From positions 1,209 to 65,208 of the IMG/VR virus record IMGVR_UViG_3300012208_000003: a DNA stretch of 64,000 nucleotides, one strand, 5' to 3'. Positions within the stretch are counted from its first letter, which is position 1; every line of letters begins with the position of its first letter. Positions 59,568 to 64,000 of this stretch are shown here, piece after piece. The notes below the pieces were generated by a model. The model was not told the DNA's origin. It searched no databases and saw only the letters and a program-made list of their open reading frames with translations. A program made the position numbers and the translations under genes. Source of the stretch: a virus. Lineage: Duplodnaviria > Caudoviricetes.

Positions 59568-61052
59568 ATGCCAGAACTACAAAATGTGGAGCTCACGAAG
59601 TTGCGGGAGAGTAAAACCAATCCACGCCAGCTTTTCGACAAAAAAGGAATGGACGAACTGATTGCGAGCATCAAGGAAACCGGAATCATTACGCCACTCA
59701 TCGTCAGGTCCGTGAACAACGGTGCAATGGAAATCGTAACCGGCGCTCGTCGCTTTAGAGCAGCACAAGAAGCCGGACTTACTACGGTACCGGTAATCGT
59801 GCGGCAACTGGCCGATGAAGAGGCGCTGGAAATTCAAATCATCGAAAATCTGCAGCGCGCCGACATCCATGCATTGGAAGAATCTGCCGGCTATTTACAA
59901 CTCCAGAAAGAATGCAAATTCACTTTGGAGCAACTTGCGAAGCATGTTGGGAAGTCACCAGCCTATGTGCAGCGAAGATTGAAATACCGCGATCTTATCG
60001 AGCCGATCCGGAAGTTATTCCTTGAAGGCAAAATCGGCGTTGCCCATGCCGATCAGGCCGCGCGGCTTCAGCCGGAGCAGCAGAAAGAGATCGTGCCTTG
60101 GCTGAAGCGTGGCGACAGTGCGCGCAACCTCGCGGATGAAATCGCACGGCATTTCTTTCTGGTACTAAAGCAGGCTCCATTCGATACGACTGACGCGAAG
60201 CTGGTGGCCAAAGCGGGGTCCTGTGTGACTTGCCCGAAGCGCACTGGATTCAACAAGGCGCTATTCGAGGATATTAAATCTGCCGATACCTGCACCGACC
60301 CAGCCTGCTTCGAGGAAAAGACCCGGGCCTTCATCAAGATTCAAGTGGGCACCCACAAGGACGCGATCCTGCTGAGCATTGCTTCGCAGTATGAATCTTC
60401 CAGGGCAAAACACCTGACGACCTGGGTAAAAGCCGGCGACAAGAATTGCCCGGACACAAAGCAAGGCGTGGTAGTCGAGCAGGTCGGCTATACCTATGCC
60501 AATCTCAAGCAGGAAGCGAAGCTTGGCCAGGTGTTGAAGATTTGCGTCAATGCGAAATGCAAGACGCACCAGTCTTACGCTTCTGACTCCGGCTATAGGC
60601 GCAGTGATGCATCAAAGCTAGCCGACAAGAAGCGCCGGATTGAGCTGCGGCGCCGTGCCTTGGTGTTCAAAGAACTGGCGGCCGACCAGTTCGATGTAAA
60701 GGAGCGGGACTACCGCGCGATCCTGGACCACGCGATCGAAGGGCTCAGCCACGATCACGCAAAAGCAGTTTGCGATTCGATGGAATGGCAGCCAGCAGCC
60801 GCCAAGTACGGTGGCAAGGACTATCACGGCACGGTCAAGAAGAACCTTGCCAAACTGTCTCCTGAAGGTGTCGAGCAGTGGCTCTACCTGCTAATGCTGG
60901 CGGAATCCGACTTGTGGTTCCACAGCGGCAGCACCAACAAAGGACAACTACTCGATGCCAAAGCAAAACAAGCCGGTGTCCCACTTGCCGAACTCGCCAA
61001 ACAGGCCAGCGAAAAGAAAGCCAAGGCTGCCGCGCCCAAGAAGGTCGCATGA
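59568..61052 (+). CDS. parB: ParB/Spo0J-family protein with Cys-rich C-terminal region
   Basis: NPRQLF..EL..SI..GI..PLIVR, GARRFRA, ENLQR.D, HTH; CVTCPKR, CTDPACF. Confidence 0.85.
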   Translation: MPELQNVELTKLRESKTNPRQLFDKKGMDELIASIKETGIITPLIVRSVNNGAMEIVTGARRFRAAQEAGLTTVPVIVRQLADEEALEIQIIENLQRADIHALEESAGYLQLQKECKFTLEQLAKHVGKSPAYVQRRLKYRDLIEPIRKLFLEGKIGVAHADQAARLQPEQQKEIVPWLKRGDSARNLADEIARHFFLVLKQAPFDTTDAKLVAKAGSCVTCPKRTGFNKALFEDIKSADTCTDPACFEEKTRAFIKIQVGTHKDAILLSIASQYESSRAKHLTTWVKAGDKNCPDTKQGVVVEQVGYTYANLKQEAKLGQVLKICVNAKCKTHQSYASDSGYRRSDASKLADKKRRIELRRRALVFKELAADQFDVKERDYRAILDHAIEGLSHDHAKAVCDSMEWQPAAAKYGGKDYHGTVKKNLAKLSPEGVEQWLYLLMLAESDLWFHSGSTNKGQLLDAKAKQAGVPLAELAKQASEKKAKAAAPKKVA

Positions 61053-62177
61053 AGTCAGACATTGTCGTTACCTTGGATATCACCGTCCCAACCAGGCACC
61101 TTGCCGCCTTCTATAAGGACATGGAGTCGATGTTCGGAAAGAAGGCGATGCGCAAGATCGTGCAAGCAGTTAAAGCCGGGACACCATATCCCATCCCGCA
61201 TGTCCTCCTCAAGAGGACTTGGCATACCGTCCCATGGACCCGGACGAGAAAGCAGGCGAAGGAATGAACCAGGCACGCACTCGCTTGTTTCGCGCCCTCG
61301 AACAGATACGGGAATGCATCACAAAGCCGGATGGCTTCATCTATTCCTGCCCAGCCGACTTCATCATCGAGCATGGGATCTGGTACGAGCCAGTGGCTTA
61401 TCCTCCAGACGGCTACCGCGGCCTTCCAAAACACTGTTTCGGGAATAGTCTTTTTGCAGGCGCAATCCATAACCTTAAATATATCGAAGGCTATGCGCTA
61501 CCCGGTTTCGGTGGGGCAGACTTGCCAGTTCCTCATGCCTGGAACGCGGATGCACAAAACATTCTGCTCGACTCAACCTGGCTCAATGAAGGTTCCGCTT
61601 ATGTGGAATTTTCTCTCGAACGAGCCGATTCAGCGACTTGGGATGGCGATGCTTCTATCCTCAACGATTGGCATCGCGGATTCCCGCTTCTCAAACAACG
61701 ATGGAAAGGAGAAATTACGTTCCCGGCGAGTGAACGGCTCCGATTATTACGCGCCGGACGCGTCAAGGAATGCATTCAACTGATGGAGGAAACAAGATGA
61801 AGAAGCGCAACAAAATCTTCCCGAAGACGATGCGGACAATTGATGCAGCCATCAAAGCCGAAGAGAAACAATGGAAAATACGCCGTGATGAAGTGCTGGC
61901 AGAAGAAGCAAAGGAGCCACTGCTCTGGTGGTATTGCTCTTTTGCCGATGAAACATTTCGTGGCGTTTGCATCATCGAAGCGCGTGGCGTTGTTGGCTGT
62001 GCCATCCGCGCCCATGAATTAGCAATCAGTCCGGGTGGTCAAATGGTCGCCATTCCTATCGATCGAGAAGATCTTCCGCCGGACCAGTGGCGCAATAGAC
62101 TGCTCACTGCCGAGCAGGTAAAAGCGCTTTGGCCGGATTCGAAAAGTCTCGGTGAATGGGAGAAAGACGAAGCATAA
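61049..62177 (+). CDS. three hypothetical proteins (61049..61267, 61264..61800, 61797..62177)
   Basis: ATGA-coupled; second has CFGNS..YIEGYA..HAWN..D.TW (Cys-His-Asp-like). Confidence 0.6.
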
Positions 62178-62203
62178 AAATCAAACAAAAAGGGAGAAAC
62201 AAA

Positions 62204-62527
62204 ATGGTAACGAAACTGCAACCGAGTGCGCAGTACATCGCGCGTTGGCAAGTCACCAGCATGACTTCCGATGCCGAATACATAGTTTCCATGAAGGCCG
62301 ACGGCACCTGGGCATGTTCCTGCCCGTTCTGGAAGTTTCACAAAGCGCCCAAGGTCGCGTGCAAACACATCGACTTGATCTTGTCCAAGGAACCTATCGA
62401 CAAGAGCCGGACGACGCCTGCGGCTGAACAGGCATTCATCCGGGCCGGCCGTAAAATCACAAGCAGTGCTCCGATCGAGCCGGTATTTCTGCTGCAAACG
62501 ACGCGAAGTATTGTTTTGCAGGACTAA
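62204..62527 (+). CDS. SWIM zinc-finger protein
   Basis: WACSCPFW...CKHI; GGGAGAAAC leader. Confidence 0.75.
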   Translation: MVTKLQPSAQYIARWQVTSMTSDAEYIVSMKADGTWACSCPFWKFHKAPKVACKHIDLILSKEPIDKSRTTPAAEQAFIRAGRKITSSAPIEPVFLLQTTRSIVLQD

Positions 62528-62635
62528 CCATGCCTGCGGTGCCATACCAAATCGGGCCGGTTCTTGACATGCCCAACCGAACCATTTCCAGCCAATTCAT
62601 ACCCCGCCAACAAAGATTCTACCATAGGAGGATAG

Positions 62636-63526
62636 GTGCAAAGTAAACTTAATTTTCCGCAATCATTAACTGAACGCTATCGTCCTAGGAGGATTTCTGA
62701 CTTCTTGGGACTGCATAAACCGAAGCGCATCTTGGAGGCTTTCATCAAGAATCCATTCGATGCAGCGTTCTTTTTTCTCGGCCCAAGCGGAGTCGGAAAA
62801 ACAACTCTTGCCATGGCTCTCGGTGAACAGATCAACGCCTACGTTCATCAAATTGCTAGTCGCACTTGCGACCTGGAAGCAGTCGAGCGCGTAGCTCATA
62901 TTTGCAGTCTGATCCCGTTCAATTTCACAACAGGGAAGCCGTGCAGTTACAACCTGGTGATCGTAAATGAAGCGGATCAAATGACACTGAGCGCACAGAA
63001 TTTCTTCCTGTCCAAATTGGATGCAACAGCGCCACCACCACGCACCATTTTCGTTTTTACAGCAAACTCAACGCAGGGACTTGACGAGCGGTTCCTGTCT
63101 CGATGCCGACAAGTGGATTTCAGCGCAGATTCTCTTGAAGGCGAACTCGAGGAATATCTGAGCAAAATTTATAAGCGAGAGGGTGGCAAATATCCGATCA
63201 ATTTCTGCGACATAGCCAAAGCCGCTAAATTCAACGTCCGGACGGCCATCAATTCTTTGGAGACAGAACTCTTGATTGGCTCTAATCGGAAAGGTCTTCC
63301 AAGTGGAGATTTGAAAATCCTTCCTGAACACATTCACGATTGCGAGAAATGCCATAAACCGTGGAAATGCTCCGAGATGAAGTGCAAATTGCCCCATTCA
63401 AGTATCTGCCCAACTTGTGGCGGGGCCAGCACAATCGGCACTGAGCGAGCACGAAAAGCTTGGGCCACAATCAGAAAAAATATTGCCGCGGACTTAAAAC
63501 AGAAAAAGAAAGGACGACGACCATGA
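62636..63526 (+). CDS. clamp-loader-clade AAA+ ATPase (RFC/RarA/DnaX-like) with Cys-rich tail
   Basis: ERYRPR..DFLG, GPSGVGKTT, IVNEADQMT..AQ, FLSRC, R.AIN. Confidence 0.85.
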   Translation: MQSKLNFPQSLTERYRPRRISDFLGLHKPKRILEAFIKNPFDAAFFFLGPSGVGKTTLAMALGEQINAYVHQIASRTCDLEAVERVAHICSLIPFNFTTGKPCSYNLVIVNEADQMTLSAQNFFLSKLDATAPPPRTIFVFTANSTQGLDERFLSRCRQVDFSADSLEGELEEYLSKIYKREGGKYPINFCDIAKAAKFNVRTAINSLETELLIGSNRKGLPSGDLKILPEHIHDCEKCHKPWKCSEMKCKLPHSSICPTCGGASTIGTERARKAWATIRKNIAADLKQKKKGRRP

Positions 63527-64000
63527 AGCGAGGAACAGATTACGTACCATCTTCCCGGCTGAATTGTCTTGTTTGTTTTTCAGTTGCCGGCAAGCAGAAA
63601 CCGCCACTGTGTTCGATGCATGCTGCCGCACCAAATCTTTTGGCTGCATGCAAGAGGGTCTATGAAGAACTTGATGACCGCTACGATGTGGACCGGCCAG
63701 GCCAAGACATTAAAGAATATCCATTCAACGGCGTGGGAGAGCTGCTCGGCGTACTAAGAGAAGCGATCAGACTCGCAGAGGAGGCAGCGGCATGAATCTC
63801 GAATACAAGACACTCTACAAGGGCGAAATCATTGGCAACCATTCTTTGGGAGTCGAGGTTCGCGTTTCGCTGCATCGGCCCATAACCGAAGCGGATGAAC
63901 GCGCCGCGAGGCAATTGGCTGACAAACTGGTAGAAGCCTTGCAGCTAGAGACAGCTCGGCTCGATCCCGATGTTGCCGTTGAACGAGAACTCGAACGCCA
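63523..64000 (+). CDS. hypothetical protein (63523..63795) and start of a gene cut by the window edge
   Basis: AAAPNLLAAC motif; ATGA coupling at 63792. Confidence 0.5.

Noticed and set aside
271-63914. Most - strand and nested ORFs in the track
   Set aside because: Shadows of + strand genes without RBS or motifs
1-64000. A RAMP/Cas7-like effector for the guide arrays
   Set aside because: No ORF shows a recognisable RRM fold with a C-terminal Gly-rich loop; it may lie outside the window or be too divergent to see

Overview
A 64-kb, almost entirely + strand segment of a large tailed-phage genome; no integrase or host core genes are seen. It contains: a long-tail module (1-11.4 kb); recombination genes (RecT, exonuclease, HerA-like ATPase, RusA); an accessory block (TPM protein, PspA, ACP, Ro60/TROVE-like vWA protein, SPOUT methylase); virion decoration genes; eight tRNAs; and a long run of small early-type genes (AAA+/DUF1257/DUF2997 module, Ku, ATP ligase, ParB). 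Two non-coding systems stand out. (1) Ten intergenic loci carry eleven units of about 60-80 nt with a G at every fifth base, usually bracketed by GCAG. Reading only positions 3-4 of each pentamer gives codon positions 1-2 of a diverged homologue of a neighbouring gene, on either strand, skipping the wobble base. The match is clear for 8 units and weaker for 3. This looks like a gapped-code guide-RNA system aimed at related phages; I could not identify the effector gene here. (2) A promoter-driven array of six RNAs shares a stem/CACT/stem/TACAYG...GACAT scaffold, each carrying a different tRNA-derived cargo. These are probably divergent Y RNAs for the Ro60-like protein. All protein family calls are by motif recognition only; no searches were run.
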